Source: a virus
Lineage: Duplodnaviria; Caudoviricetes
Length of the DNA stretch: 35,476 bases
Reading direction: 5' to 3' (one strand)
IMG/VR virus record: IMGVR_UViG_3300037722_000807
Span: 1 to 35,476 of that record
Position numbers and translations under genes: made by a program. Shown here one piece after another: positions 1-9,385 of this stretch. The notes under the pieces were generated by a model. It was not told the DNA's origin. It worked only from the letters and a program-made list of their open reading frames with translations, and did no database searches. The stretch's first letter is position 1. Every line of letters begins with the position of its first letter.

Positions 1-274
1 GGAAAGAAGTATTATCAACAGCAGAAGCAAAAAGCATTTTCAAGTTCGCAAAAGTGGATTCAGTAAGATTAACAGTAACTTCAAGAACAAGACCAGCATC
101 AAGAGTACGCACCGGGGTTTCACCGTATTGGTCAGATTTCAGTTCATAAACGTTCTGAGTAATGGAAACATTAACCCCACCATAAGTATGCCCAATATGT
201 CTTCCCGCAAAATAAACATAAGCGGGTCCGATAGAAATATTATCAGAATCAAAAGAAGTAGTATAAACAGTCAT
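1..274 (-). CDS. Major tail tube protein, N-terminal part (runs off the window)
   Basis: Manual translation MTVYTTSFDSDNISIGPAYVIFAGRHIGHTYGGVNVSITQNVYELKSDQYGETPV; AAAGGAG RBS; lies after the tail terminator; G.T.GGV..DQ.G pattern typical of siphophage tail tubes. Confidence 0.75.
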   Translation of the reverse strand, partial: MTVYTTSFDSDNISIGPAYVYFAGRHIGHTYGGVNVSITQNVYELKSDQYGETPVRTLDAGLVLEVTVNLTESTFANLKMLFASAVDNTSF

Positions 275-389
275 TTTCTATTTCTCCTTTAAAAAACAAT
301 TAATAATTAAACTTCCTGCTTTAAATCCCCTGTTTCTTTTCCCCTTTTATTTCAACAATAGACTTTGGTATTATCTATTGTTTCAATCT

Positions 390-827
390 TTATTTTTTAA
401 ATATATTTGAAAACATGAACGTTACCATTTTTGTCCATTGTGTATTTGTTGGGGAACCTTCAGGAATGGAATCATTATATGATAATAATTCTACAGTGGC
501 TATTCTCCAATTTGTTGTTTCAACTGTTCCTAAGTCAAATAAATCTATTAATCGTTCACCAATTTGATTTGTTATTGTTTGGTTAATACCCACAACTTTA
601 AAAAATAAAGTAGAATTTGAAAATTGTTTTGGATAAGACCATCTAGGAGGTCTTTTCCCAACTGCTTCTCTATAAAAAATTGCACCTTTCTTACTACTTG
701 AGTATATAATATCTTCAGAAGGATTCCAAGAATAAATTCTTGTATCACTTGTAGTGGCACCAAGAAGATTATCCATAGTGCTATCAGCTTCTATTATTTC
801 TACAATTTCAGCATGAATTTCTAACAT
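390..827 (-). CDS. Tail terminator / tail completion protein
   Basis: 145 aa; position between neck gene and tail tube; 'LLG...RIY' N-terminal pattern. Confidence 0.6.
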   Translation of the reverse strand: MLEIHAEIVEIIEADSTMDNLLGATTSDTRIYSWNPSEDIIYSSSKKGAIFYREAVGKRPPRWSYPKQFSNSTLFFKVVGINQTITNQIGERLIDLFDLGTVETTNWRIATVELLSYNDSIPEGSPTNTQWTKMVTFMFSNIFKK

Positions 828-833
828 TTTATT

Positions 834-1580
834 TTAGTCCTCCCACCATTCTTCATTTTGAATAGAATCAGAGTTATCTTGAAGTGAATTAAAATAAACC
901 CTGAAATAAATAGCGGTACGACCACCTTTACTCCTTGTTGCTCTTTTCAATGCTTTTTTAAGTTTTTCTCTTATTTTTTTTCTTATTTCTGGTCTTAATT
1001 CTTCGATTATTTTACCAAACCAAGGTCGAGGACCAACATTCCATCCCCCTCCTGAAGCACCCTTATCTAAAGCATTTGCATAAACTTCAACTGGTGTACT
1101 TCTTCCTTCTCCTGAATTAGATACAAATATTTTTCCTGCTCTATAAAACAAAGATGAATATTCTGTTCCAGTAGAATCAAAAACACCTACAGTTATATTT
1201 CCATTATCACCTATTTCAAAAGAAATAGAATCAAATAAAGTTCCTGTTGGTACTCCTAAACCAGATTCAAAAGATGCAGGAGGTTGACCTTCAGCAGAAG
1301 CAGTATATTTTCCTAAACTCGTATAACTGTTTTTATCTCCACCACCAGAAACCAAAACAACTTCATATTCCCTTCCCGAAGGTTGATTAGCTAAAATATT
1401 TTCCCTTAAATGAGCTACAATAAATTCACCTACCCAATGTGCTGTATCATCCATTTCTTTTTCAATGGAATCAAGAATAGGATTTAAAATTCTACTAGCT
1501 ATAGCGGCACCAAGCTTGCTTTTTACAACAGCTTTTCCTATTCTTATTTTTTCAGCCGCTATATCTGTTTTGATACTCAT
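834..1580 (-). CDS. HK97 gp10-like neck/tail-completion protein
   Basis: Motifs SAEGQPPA, TGTLFDSI, YA..L..G, PRPWF; synteny. Confidence 0.7.
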   Translation of the reverse strand: MSIKTDIAAEKIRIGKAVVKSKLGAAIASRILNPILDSIEKEMDDTAHWVGEFIVAHLRENILANQPSGREYEVVLVSGGGDKNSYTSLGKYTASAEGQPPASFESGLGVPTGTLFDSISFEIGDNGNITVGVFDSTGTEYSSLFYRAGKIFVSNSGEGRSTPVEVYANALDKGASGGGWNVGPRPWFGKIIEELRPEIRKKIREKLKKALKRATRSKGGRTAIYFRVYFNSLQDNSDSIQNEEWWED

Positions 1581-1581
1581 T

Positions 1582-1920
1582 TTAAGTCTCTTCTACAGAA
1601 AGTAATGTTTCTATATGGTGTATTTTATTACTTCTGCCAAAAACAGGCGAAGGAATTCCTTTCACAAATAATTCAATCCCATTCCAAGTTATTTTATCTC
1701 CTTTTTGAATGTTTTGGTCTTTATCATAAAACCCTAAATAATAACCAGAAACCATTAATCCTGTATCATTTTGATCTAAATTATTTGTGGTCATACTTTG
1801 ATATTGTATGTTGCATTTTGCACTTGTTGAAATAGTAGACCAAGATTTTACAGTATTTCTATAAGCATCTTTTGTTACCGTTGCTCTTTCAATTTTGCAT
1901 CTTTGATTTAAGAGATTCAT
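1582..1920 (-). CDS. Head closure protein (SPP1 gp16-like)
   Basis: 112 aa; D.Y......W, DI.KGD.I, HH.E motifs; follows the head-tail connector. Confidence 0.7.
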   Translation of the reverse strand: MNLLNQRCKIERATVTKDAYRNTVKSWSTISTSAKCNIQYQSMTTNNLDQNDTGLMVSGYYLGFYDKDQNIQKGDKITWNGIELFVKGIPSPVFGRSNKIHHIETLLSVEET

Positions 1921-2561
1921 CAGAAAACCTCTTTTCTATATTTTTTCAATGCAGCAAAAACATTGGGATTCAAACCCTGCATTTTATACATTGTTCCCGG
2001 TTCAAAATTTGTATAAGCGTAATTACCAATTTTTTCAGATTTCAAAGTTGTATTCATTGCATTTTCTATATTCTGATTCATGGTTCTTACCATATCAAAA
2101 CATAAATATTTTAATTCCTCCATATCTTCATGATTTGCAGTATAACCTCCATTCCATTTAATTTTTACATTTTTATTATATCCAAAATCAAAACCACCAT
2201 GATAAATCAACATGCCCCTGCTATTATATAAATGATATCCATCCAAATCATCGTAATCTGTTGCGGCAGTAATGGTTAAATCACTAATAACCAATGTGGT
2301 AAGTGTATTTACTGGATATGTTGGAAAATAAAACTGTTTTCCTTCAATACCATCAAAAATTGTATATAATTGATTATAATCACTACTTGTTGAAAGATAA
2401 TCAAAATCTCTTGCTTTTAAAAGTCTATTGCAAAACTTTTCAAAAGAAATAGTTGTAATATTAATTAAATTTTCAATTCTATCAGTGATATCAGTGGTAT
2501 CTTCTCCTGACATTGTTTCATAATAATCTATATCAATTAATGCTGTAGTTAATAGGCTCAT
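1920..2561 (-). CDS. Head-tail connector/adaptor (gp6/gp15-like)
   Basis: FE.FCNR, YPV, GGY, SEKIGNYAY, L.KYR motifs; synteny. Confidence 0.75.
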   Translation of the reverse strand: MSLLTTALIDIDYYETMSGEDTTDITDRIENLINITTISFEKFCNRLLKARDFDYLSTSSDYNQLYTIFDGIEGKQFYFPTYPVNTLTTLVISDLTITAATDYDDLDGYHLYNSRGMLIYHGGFDFGYNKNVKIKWNGGYTANHEDMEELKYLCFDMVRTMNQNIENAMNTTLKSEKIGNYAYTNFEPGTMYKMQGLNPNVFAALKKYRKEVF

Positions 2562-2573
2562 AATCCTATTCCT

Positions 2574-2825
2574 TTAAAGCTTAATCATCGTTTGGGGAAA
2601 GATAGGTTCCATTGGTCCCGGAATTTTTTTATTTTCCATTATTTTAGTTTTTACTTCCTTTCCTTCTTCATCTTGTGCAATATAAAAAAATTCATTATTT
2701 GGTAATTCATCAAGTATTTTAACCTTACCTTGATCTCTATATCTAATTGCTGTATTTAAATCCATATTAGTAAACACACCGTCAAAACGCCTTATTAAAT
2801 CAACATCCAATATTTTTACTTTCAT
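2574..2825 (-). CDS. Hypothetical protein (head module)
   Basis: 83-aa ORF with GAGG RBS between decoration and connector genes. Confidence 0.6.
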   Translation of the reverse strand: MKVKILDVDLIRRFDGVFTNMDLNTAIRYRDQGKVKILDELPNNEFFYIAQDEEGKEVKTKIMENKKIPGPMEPIFPQTMIKL

Positions 2826-2843
2826 TTTATCCTCTCTTTTTAT

Positions 2844-2877
2844 AAAAAAGGGGTATAGATTATTAGTCTATACCCCT
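2844..2877 (-). terminator. Rho-independent terminator after the capsid genes
   Basis: 11-bp stem AGGGGTATAGA/TCTATACCCCT followed by a T-tract on the minus strand. Confidence 0.8.
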
Positions 2878-2905
2878 AATTATTTAATTTAAACTACCAA
2901 TTAAA

Positions 2906-3349
2906 TTACGAGGTAGCAACTTTAGCTCTGCGTCCGGTTCCATAAGTGGGAGTCAGTTTAGTTCCAGACTGAGTTACAGGACGGCGTTGCTCCTCGAAAG
3001 TAATAAGATAAGCACCCCAATTAACAGTTGCAGTATCAACATCATGATTCAGGCGAAGATAACGATTGGGATCATCGATTTCCACAAGATAAAGACCTGC
3101 TTCAGTAATCTGAGGAATAGTCAGAAAGTCCTCATCAAAAGTGGAATTATCCTCAGAATCCTGAACAATAAGATCAAGAGTTCCAGTGGTATTTACATCA
3201 GTAACATCAATCAAAAGCATAGCTCGATTAGCCATGCCATTAGAAAAAAGATCAATTGCAGAAGCAGGGGAATTTGCGGCAGCCCCAGCAGTTTCATCAG
3301 CAGTAGACCTTACACGAAGAAAACGGTGATTAGAAAACATATCATACAT
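2906..3349 (-). CDS. Capsid decoration/cement protein
   Basis: 147 aa, beta-rich, 'AIDL...L...VQDS.DNSTF...RYLRL'; just downstream of MCP; codon style like MCP. Confidence 0.6.
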   Translation of the reverse strand: MYDMFSNHRFLRVRSTADETAGAAANSPASAIDLFSNGMANRAMLLIDVTDVNTTGTLDLIVQDSEDNSTFDEDFLTIPQITEAGLYLVEIDDPNRYLRLNHDVDTATVNWGAYLITFEEQRRPVTQSGTKLTPTYGTGRRAKVATS

Positions 3350-3351
3350 TT

Positions 3352-4068
3352 TTATTGTCTCCTTTTAAGTTCTAAAAAATTAAAAAATTGCCAACCTTTG
3401 TGATTATTTTTTCTTTTTCCTCTTAAACATTGACTTATATTTACCCTGTTTAAGTTGTGTTTCCTAGCAAATTCACATTGGTTTTTTGATTTAAATATTT
3501 TTCCTTTTGGTGAAATACCAAAGAACCATCTGCTATTTCTTGTATTACCTGCTTGTAAATTCATTGTTATAAAAATACAGTTTTCTTTGCAATAATTCCC
3601 GTTAACGTCTTTTCTTTCAATGCTCAATGGATTATTTTTAGTCAAAACTTTTCTATATTTCTTTTTGGTAAAAACATATGATTGATACATATCTTTCTTG
3701 AATTCTAAAAAATCATTCCATCTTTTATCATATGTTATACCTCTACCACCATAATCTTTATACCTTTTATCGTTTGAATTATTGCATCTTTGTCTTAAAT
3801 TTTTCCAAAGACAATAAAAAGGTGTCTTTTTACCTGCCTGTCCGTGTTTTGTTGATCTTTCAATCAACTTATCCAATTTTAAACAACCACAAGATTTTGT
3901 ATCACCATTTAAAAGAAGTTTTGCTTTTGTTACAAAATCTTCATTTCCACAACTACATTTACATTTCCATAACGCTCTACCATTTTTGCTTCTTCCAGCA
4001 AATGACAAAACGGTTAATCTATCAAAGTTTTGTCCTGTTAAATCTTTTGTTCTTGAACAATTTATCAT
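3352..4068 (-). CDS. Free-standing HNH-type homing endonuclease (paralog 1) with C-terminal HTH
   Basis: DLTGQ.F.RL, W.C.C.CG, SCGC, RQRC.N, YGGRGI, SIERKDVNGNYCKENC, NQ.EFAR...IS.CL. Confidence 0.85.
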   Translation of the reverse strand: MINCSRTKDLTGQNFDRLTVLSFAGRSKNGRALWKCKCSCGNEDFVTKAKLLLNGDTKSCGCLKLDKLIERSTKHGQAGKKTPFYCLWKNLRQRCNNSNDKRYKDYGGRGITYDKRWNDFLEFKKDMYQSYVFTKKKYRKVLTKNNPLSIERKDVNGNYCKENCIFITMNLQAGNTRNSRWFFGISPKGKIFKSKNQCEFARKHNLNRVNISQCLRGKRKNNHKGWQFFNFLELKRRQ

Positions 4069-4078
4069 TTTTTAACCT

Positions 4079-4116
4079 CCCGGTATTCTGCTTTAAATAA
4101 CATACAGAATACCGGG
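4079..4116 (-). promoter_or_regulatory. Hairpin overlapping the RBS of the HNH gene
   Basis: Perfect 12-bp inverted repeat CCCGGTATTCTG/CAGAATACCGGG with 14-nt loop; the 3' arm overlaps the GGAGG at 4076-4080. Confidence 0.65.
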
Positions 4117-4142
4117 TTTTATATTATTTAACAAGTTAAAAT

Positions 4143-5384
4143 TTAAGAAACATCGGTTAAGATAACGAACGCCTTTGGCTCTGCACTCTGGCCGTCAACT
4201 CGACCGGAACAACGTAGAGAAGTACGATTGTTACGGAATTTATAATGTTTAGAACTATCCATTGCAAAATCTTGAGGGAAACCAATATAGTAGTTAGACC
4301 AATGACCTAGAATAATATCACCAGTATTACCAATGGAAGGAATTTTACCATCAGCAAGAATAGCGGGACGACCAAGGAGAGTCATGCTATATCCATCAGA
4401 AATATCCTTAAAGGATTCCTGAAGAACCAGTTCATTACTTTGTGCAGTAACCTTTTGACCACGAAGGGCGGCACGAGCCTTTTTAGTAACAAACCAAACG
4501 GAACCATTATCAAAAACAGAAGGAAGACGAGCTTCCATATTCAGAATATCATCAACTTCAACCGTGGAAGCAGTTTGACGATTAACCGTAAGAACAGAAG
4601 GATCATTTACAATGCCAAGGGGTTTTTTACCACCAGTACCCTGAATGAATTCTTTATCAGTGTACCAGTACCAAGCGGAACGGAAAATTTTGGTAAGGAA
4701 ATTAACAAGGTTAATAACCGAATCATCAAGGAGAGTATTGGTAATTTCGGTATAACCAGCCAATTCATGAGCAATCATTTCAATCAGACCGAAATTAGGT
4801 TCAGTGGCCGCTTTTTCTCCACCTTCTTCAGTCCAAACAAAAGAAACACCAGCAAAATGATCAAAATTGGCATCATCAACATCAGGGTTTTGGGAAAGTT
4901 TAGGGAAAGCCAGTTTATTACTAGCCATAGGCCAAACGGTTGCACGTTGCCAAACGAGAGTGGTTTCCACTTCATACATAATCATCATTGCCCTGAATTC
5001 AGCAGGAACAAGATAACCACCATCAGAATCAACACCTTCAGCAAGCAGTTTGGAAACCTGACCAGTTTTCAGATAAGAAGCAAAATCTTTGGCCCAAGCA
5101 GTTACTTCATCAGAACAATGAATCCAAGGATTCTGTTTGTTTTTCATATTAATAACAGAACCTTGTTTGGTAGTCATATAATCTCCGTCCATTTTCACAA
5201 ACGGAAGATTAGAAATCATCTGTTTTCCAGTAATACCAGCAAAGGGGTTATGAACATTATTTTGAAGGTCTTTAACCATTTTACCAATGGTATCAGAAAT
5301 CATTTTGCTGAAATCATCTCCTGCAAAATGACTATTCATTTCATCCTGAAGCAATTTAACAAGATCGTCACGAGTCAGTTTCAT
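4143..5384 (-). CDS. Major capsid protein, HK97 fold
   Basis: DGGYLVP.EF, W..EG..K..T.P.F, S/TN.LL.DS, G.G..KPLGI, LLGRP motifs; N-terminal delta-like segment. Confidence 0.95.
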   Translation of the reverse strand: MKLTRDDLVKLLQDEMNSHFAGDDFSKMISDTIGKMVKDLQNNVHNPFAGITGKQMISNLPFVKMDGDYMTTKQGSVINMKNKQNPWIHCSDEVTAWAKDFASYLKTGQVSKLLAEGVDSDGGYLVPAEFRAMMIMYEVETTLVWQRATVWPMASNKLAFPKLSQNPDVDDANFDHFAGVSFVWTEEGGEKAATEPNFGLIEMIAHELAGYTEITNTLLDDSVINLVNFLTKIFRSAWYWYTDKEFIQGTGGKKPLGIVNDPSVLTVNRQTASTVEVDDILNMEARLPSVFDNGSVWFVTKKARAALRGQKVTAQSNELVLQESFKDISDGYSMTLLGRPAILADGKIPSIGNTGDIILGHWSNYYIGFPQDFAMDSSKHYKFRNNRTSLRCSGRVDGQSAEPKAFVILTDVS

Positions 5385-5417
5385 TTTTCAAATTCCTCCA
5401 TTTTAAAAAGAAAGTAT

Positions 5418-6956
5418 TTAGTCTTCCAATTTTCCAGAAAAACCATTAAGAGCATCCTTGATTGATTTTTCTAAAATGTCTTTGAAATTTACCTTTTCTG
5501 ATTTCATCTGAGATTTAACTTCTTCAAAAACCTTTTCATCTAACTCTACAAAATCTTCATTTTCATCTTCACTGACAGGGGAGAGCAGAGAAGAATCAAA
5601 TTCAATTTCTTCATCATTAGATTCTTTGTTTTCTTCTTCAAGTTCAATTTCAGATTCATCAACTTCATTATTATCTATTTCTTCTTCTTTTACAAGTGAT
5701 TTTTTAAGTTTATCAACAATTTGTTTTATATGATTGTCCGTAATTTTTATTTCAGCAACAAATTCCTTTTTGTCATCCTTTTTAGAAAAAGCCCTCTTCA
5801 TCATTTCATCCATATCAACTTCATTTAACATCATTTTCTTCTTTTTATTTTTACTTTTCAGTTCTTTACCTTCCATATTTTTTACCGATATGGACATTGC
5901 AACCATACATTCCATATCTTCATCATCAGACATTTCTTCTTCATCTTCCATTTCTTTTGTTTCAATTTCTTCTATCTCTTCTTCATCTAATTCAGATTTT
6001 ATTTCTTTTATTTCATTTTCCTCTGTTTCTATTTCCTCTTCAACTTCCTCAATTTCTTCTTCTACTGATTTTTCTGTTTTGATTTCTTCTTCAACTACTT
6101 CGAGTTCAAAATCTTTTTCACCAATAAATTTGTCACCACTCATATCAAAATATTTAACTCTTGATACTGAATAACCATTATCATTTACCCATTGTGAAGC
6201 TTCTTTTTCCTCCATATCAGATTCAAAGAGATAACCAACCAATTCTTTTTCTGCATCAGGATTATCAATTATAGAACCATAAACTCCTTTAATTCCTTTA
6301 GAAACAGGAAGAATAGAAGTTCCAGTATAAATCTCAGTATCACCAACAGGAACAAAAAGACCGGAATCTAATTTACAAACAAAATGTTTATATCCTTCTT
6401 GTGCAAGAGTGGGAGGAAGATCATCAGTCAACGATCTTACGTCCGTATTTGCACCGGGATTGCAGGGAACAGTTACAGGAGAGATTTCAAGTAATTCCTG
6501 TTTAATATATTCCCTACCTCCATACCAACGGTTTTCTTCATCACGCCAAACAAATTCTTGAGGAATAAAACCAACAGAAAATGTACTCAAGAATCCATTT
6601 TTATATTTATTAAAAATCATTCGTGCATAATCATCATCTGCATCGAATTGTGCTTTAAAAATGAGTTTCTTTTTGTTCTTATCTTTTTTAATAGAAACAG
6701 CTTTTCCAACAGGAGGAGTATAATAATTATGGCTCCAAGGGAGTACAGGATTATTTTTAAAATTTTTCAGTTGCCAACCGTTTACACGGATAATATCTTT
6801 ATCTCTATCTTCATCTTCAGTAGAACCAACAGCCAGAAAAGACAAATTCTTTTCGTCCATTTGTTCAATTTTGGTAGCGGGAATATCATAACCCAAAAGA
6901 AATTCACCATCTTTTTTAATAGGCAAACCATTTTTGCCTTTGATTTTATATGCCAT
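5418..6956 (-). CDS. HK97-family prohead protease with long acidic C-terminal extension
   Basis: ST...DRD.D, NPV..WSH, FSVGF.P, ELLEISPV.VP.NP.A; Glu-rich C-terminal ~230 aa. Confidence 0.9.
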   Translation of the reverse strand: MAYKIKGKNGLPIKKDGEFLLGYDIPATKIEQMDEKNLSFLAVGSTEDEDRDKDIIRVNGWQLKNFKNNPVLPWSHNYYTPPVGKAVSIKKDKNKKKLIFKAQFDADDDYARMIFNKYKNGFLSTFSVGFIPQEFVWRDEENRWYGGREYIKQELLEISPVTVPCNPGANTDVRSLTDDLPPTLAQEGYKHFVCKLDSGLFVPVGDTEIYTGTSILPVSKGIKGVYGSIIDNPDAEKELVGYLFESDMEEKEASQWVNDNGYSVSRVKYFDMSGDKFIGEKDFELEVVEEEIKTEKSVEEEIEEVEEEIETEENEIKEIKSELDEEEIEEIETKEMEDEEEMSDDEDMECMVAMSISVKNMEGKELKSKNKKKKMMLNEVDMDEMMKRAFSKKDDKKEFVAEIKITDNHIKQIVDKLKKSLVKEEEIDNNEVDESEIELEEENKESNDEEIEFDSSLLSPVSEDENEDFVELDEKVFEEVKSQMKSEKVNFKDILEKSIKDALNGFSGKLED

Positions 6957-6984
6957 TTTTAAATCTCCTTTAAAAATAAAAAAA

Positions 6985-7281
6985 TTAAAATCCTTCTTCC
7001 CTTACTTTTAATCTAATATCATCTTCAAAATTATTACCAAGGGAAGTAATTATATTAAATTTAATATAATAATCATTACGGTCTGTACCAGAATAAACTC
7101 TAGCCTGAACACTGGTATCATTTATACTCGATGAATTATCCTCAATTATTGAAACAGTCTCACCATTAGAATTTTTAGCTGAAACTGCTACACTGGAAAT
7201 GGTTTCATTTTCACCTAATACATTGGAAAAATTAATACCAGTATAAAATTTTTCATTTGGTTGTTTTTCCAATAAAAACAT
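6985..7281 (-). CDS. Small Ig-like phage fibre adaptor-like protein
   Basis: 98 aa; K.P.E.....I.F...L...ETI, GT....Y.I...I.TS.G...E pattern of phage fibre adaptor proteins. Confidence 0.55.
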   Translation of the reverse strand: MFLLEKQPNEKFYTGINFSNVLGENETISSVAVSAKNSNGETVSIIEDNSSSINDTSVQARVYSGTDRNDYYIKFNIITSLGNNFEDDIRLKVREEGF

Positions 7282-7766
7282 TATGCATACTCCACCGTAA
7301 AGGTTCCATTATCATTGCTGGTATTAACGGCAGATGCATCTACAATGCGTTTAAACCATACTCTTGCATAACTACCAGCAGGAATTTCAGCCAAAGAAAG
7401 ACGACTACCAGTAAGATAATGTCCAAAAGTATGTGCAGAAGGAGGAGTGCTTTCATCTGCTACACTGGTAGTATCATCAATTTCATCCGTATCACTAATT
7501 CCAAAATCAAGAGAAGTATCAGAACTACTTGTTTCAGTAGACATATAAATTACCACGCCTGTAGCTGATTCATCACCAGAATTATACAAATCCAATGCTC
7601 TATACTCGGTATCACCGGCAGAAGCCTCAGATACAGAAACATCATCAAAAAGATTATTTAATGCGGTGCCACTTATGATTTCAGAAGAATGAACTCCACC
7701 AAGAGATGCATCAGGATCAGCGTTAGAGGCTCCACCAGTAAGGTGCCATTCAAGAGTTGCGGGCAT
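7281..7766 (-). CDS. Putative virion structural protein
   Basis: 161 aa, Ser/Thr/Asp/Ala-rich; GGA.N.DP..SLGG, NNLFDDV, EYR motifs; within the structural operon. Confidence 0.55.
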   Translation of the reverse strand: MPATLEWHLTGGASNADPDASLGGVHSSEIISGTALNNLFDDVSVSEASAGDTEYRALDLYNSGDESATGVVIYMSTETSSSDTSLDFGISDTDEIDDTTSVADESTPPSAHTFGHYLTGSRLSLAEIPAGSYARVWFKRIVDASAVNTSNDNGTFTVEYA

Positions 7767-7780
7767 AATAATTCTCCTTT

Positions 7781-9385
7781 TTATTTTTTATTTGTGTTAA
7801 AAATCAAAGTTCTACTAACAGCATCAAAAATAAATATTCTTTGTTGTGTATCAAAAGTTTTTGCAGGTTCAGCAATTATGTCAGAAATAATATCCCACGC
7901 TGTATCTATGTCTACATTATTATATATTCTCCATGAAGAAGCAACACCAATATCGTTTTTGATAAACCATGAAGTATCTATATCATTGAGATTAAATATC
8001 TTCCAAGATACTTGTTTGGTTTCACCAGCTAATATTTTCCAACTAGTTATATTTTCATTATTGTTGAGTATTTTCCATGCGGTTTGCTGGTCAACAAGTG
8101 AATTGTTAAAAATTTTCCAAGCAACTTCTTTAGATAAACCTGTAAGGATTTTCCAACTGACTTCAGAATCCTTATTTATAAAAATCTTCCAACTGATTTG
8201 TTGATCCTTACCAGCAAGAATTTTCCATAGGGCATTGGTTAATAAAGCATCAAATATTCTCCAAGATATTGTTTGGTTTTCTTTATTGAAAATCTTCCAT
8301 GCAATTTGTTGATCAAGGTTTAATGCATTTAAGATTCTCCATATGGTTTGTTGATCTTTTTTATTGTGTATCTTCCAACTGGATTGTTGTTCTTCTTTAT
8401 TAAATATCCTCCACACAGTTTGTTGATTATTATCTGAAAATATCTTCCATGCTGTATTATTTATTACATCATTGAAGAGTTTCCAACTAGATTCTTTATT
8501 TAAATCATTAAATAGCTTCCATGCAGTATCTTTATTAAGAGAGTAACCACCAGCAGAGATATATTCATCAGCTCCAATATCCCAAGAGGAGCGGGTCTGG
8601 CCGTCTATGTCAATGGTGAAATCAGCCGAAAGATCGGTTCCGTTACCTTTCCAGACAGTATCAGAAAATGCAAGATGGAAGTCATAATTATCAGCATCAA
8701 CAAAGATTGGAGTGCTGGAAGAGCAGGTTGTCTGACCTGCCATGCTAGCAAATGGAGTAGTACAATCTACAGCCCCACAGTTGTAAGCATCTGCTCCGTG
8801 GAAACCCACATAGCAATCAACAGCAGTGCAATTTTGAGTCTTGTTGCCTGTTCCGATAAAATACCACCCGCGAGATGCAGAATGGGAGTTAAACCCATAA
8901 GCCAAACTATTACGTGCAATTACGTTTATCGCCCCATCATAGGCTACAAAAGCGGTCGTACCACTTCCACCAGTACCTATACAACGGGCAATTACTCTAT
9001 CAATAAGTAAATAACTACCAGCGGATGAACTTGCTTGTATTGCATTGTAAGGACCGTTGACCCCTCTATCAATCTGAATACCCTCAACACGCGTGTATTG
9101 TGCTCCAACTGTAAACGAATTAGAAGCACCTGAATAGGAATAACGATATACAGAATTATTCCATTTCCCTCCATGATTTTGAGCAGCATATATGCGAATA
9201 TACCTTGTTGCATCAGTGGTATACCCTGTCACGTTAACTACTGCGGTATCCTCAAAGGCATGGCACTCAATATCTAGCTGGCGGTCAAGGGCAACAAGAT
9301 TACCTGCCTCACCAGATATAGCCGCCGCAAGTGAGGTATAATCACCACCACTAGGCTTAACTGTAACAGTCCTCACAGTAGCCAT
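7781..9385 (-). CDS. Fibre-like protein: N-terminal beta-helix (pectin lyase-like) domain plus 18 Trp-centred repeats
   Basis: V.P.GGDYTSL.AA start, DFHL...DIDG..R..WDIGADE motif, then W[KR]I[FL]N repeats. Confidence 0.6.
   Translation of the reverse strand: MATVRTVTVKPSGGDYTSLAAAISGEAGNLVALDRQLDIECHAFEDTAVVNVTGYTTDATRYIRIYAAQNHGGKWNNSVYRYSYSGASNSFTVGAQYTRVEGIQIDRGVNGPYNAIQASSSAGSYLLIDRVIARCIGTGGSGTTAFVAYDGAINVIARNSLAYGFNSHSASRGWYFIGTGNKTQNCTAVDCYVGFHGADAYNCGAVDCTTPFASMAGQTTCSSSTPIFVDADNYDFHLAFSDTVWKGNGTDLSADFTIDIDGQTRSSWDIGADEYISAGGYSLNKDTAWKLFNDLNKESSWKLFNDVINNTAWKIFSDNNQQTVWRIFNKEEQQSSWKIHNKKDQQTIWRILNALNLDQQIAWKIFNKENQTISWRIFDALLTNALWKILAGKDQQISWKIFINKDSEVSWKILTGLSKEVAWKIFNNSLVDQQTAWKILNNNENITSWKILAGETKQVSWKIFNLNDIDTSWFIKNDIGVASSWRIYNNVDIDTAWDIISDIIAEPAKTFDTQQRIFIFDAVSRTLIFNTNKK
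7883..8545 (-). repeat. 18 x 12-aa W[KR]I[FL]N coding repeat
   Basis: Trp-to-Trp spacing is 12 aa except 14 aa after repeats 6 and 12. Confidence 0.9.

Noticed and set aside
4440-5465. 341-aa plus-strand ORF
   Set aside because: Antisense shadow of the major capsid gene; no RBS or recognisable motifs
5734-6174. Ser/Ile-rich 146-aa ORF
   Set aside because: Reverse complement of the Glu-rich protease tail
7781-9385. Possible diversity-generating retroelement target or CRISPR-like array in the repeat gene
   Set aside because: Repeats are protein-level with degenerate DNA; no template repeat, reverse transcriptase or constant repeat-spacer pattern seen
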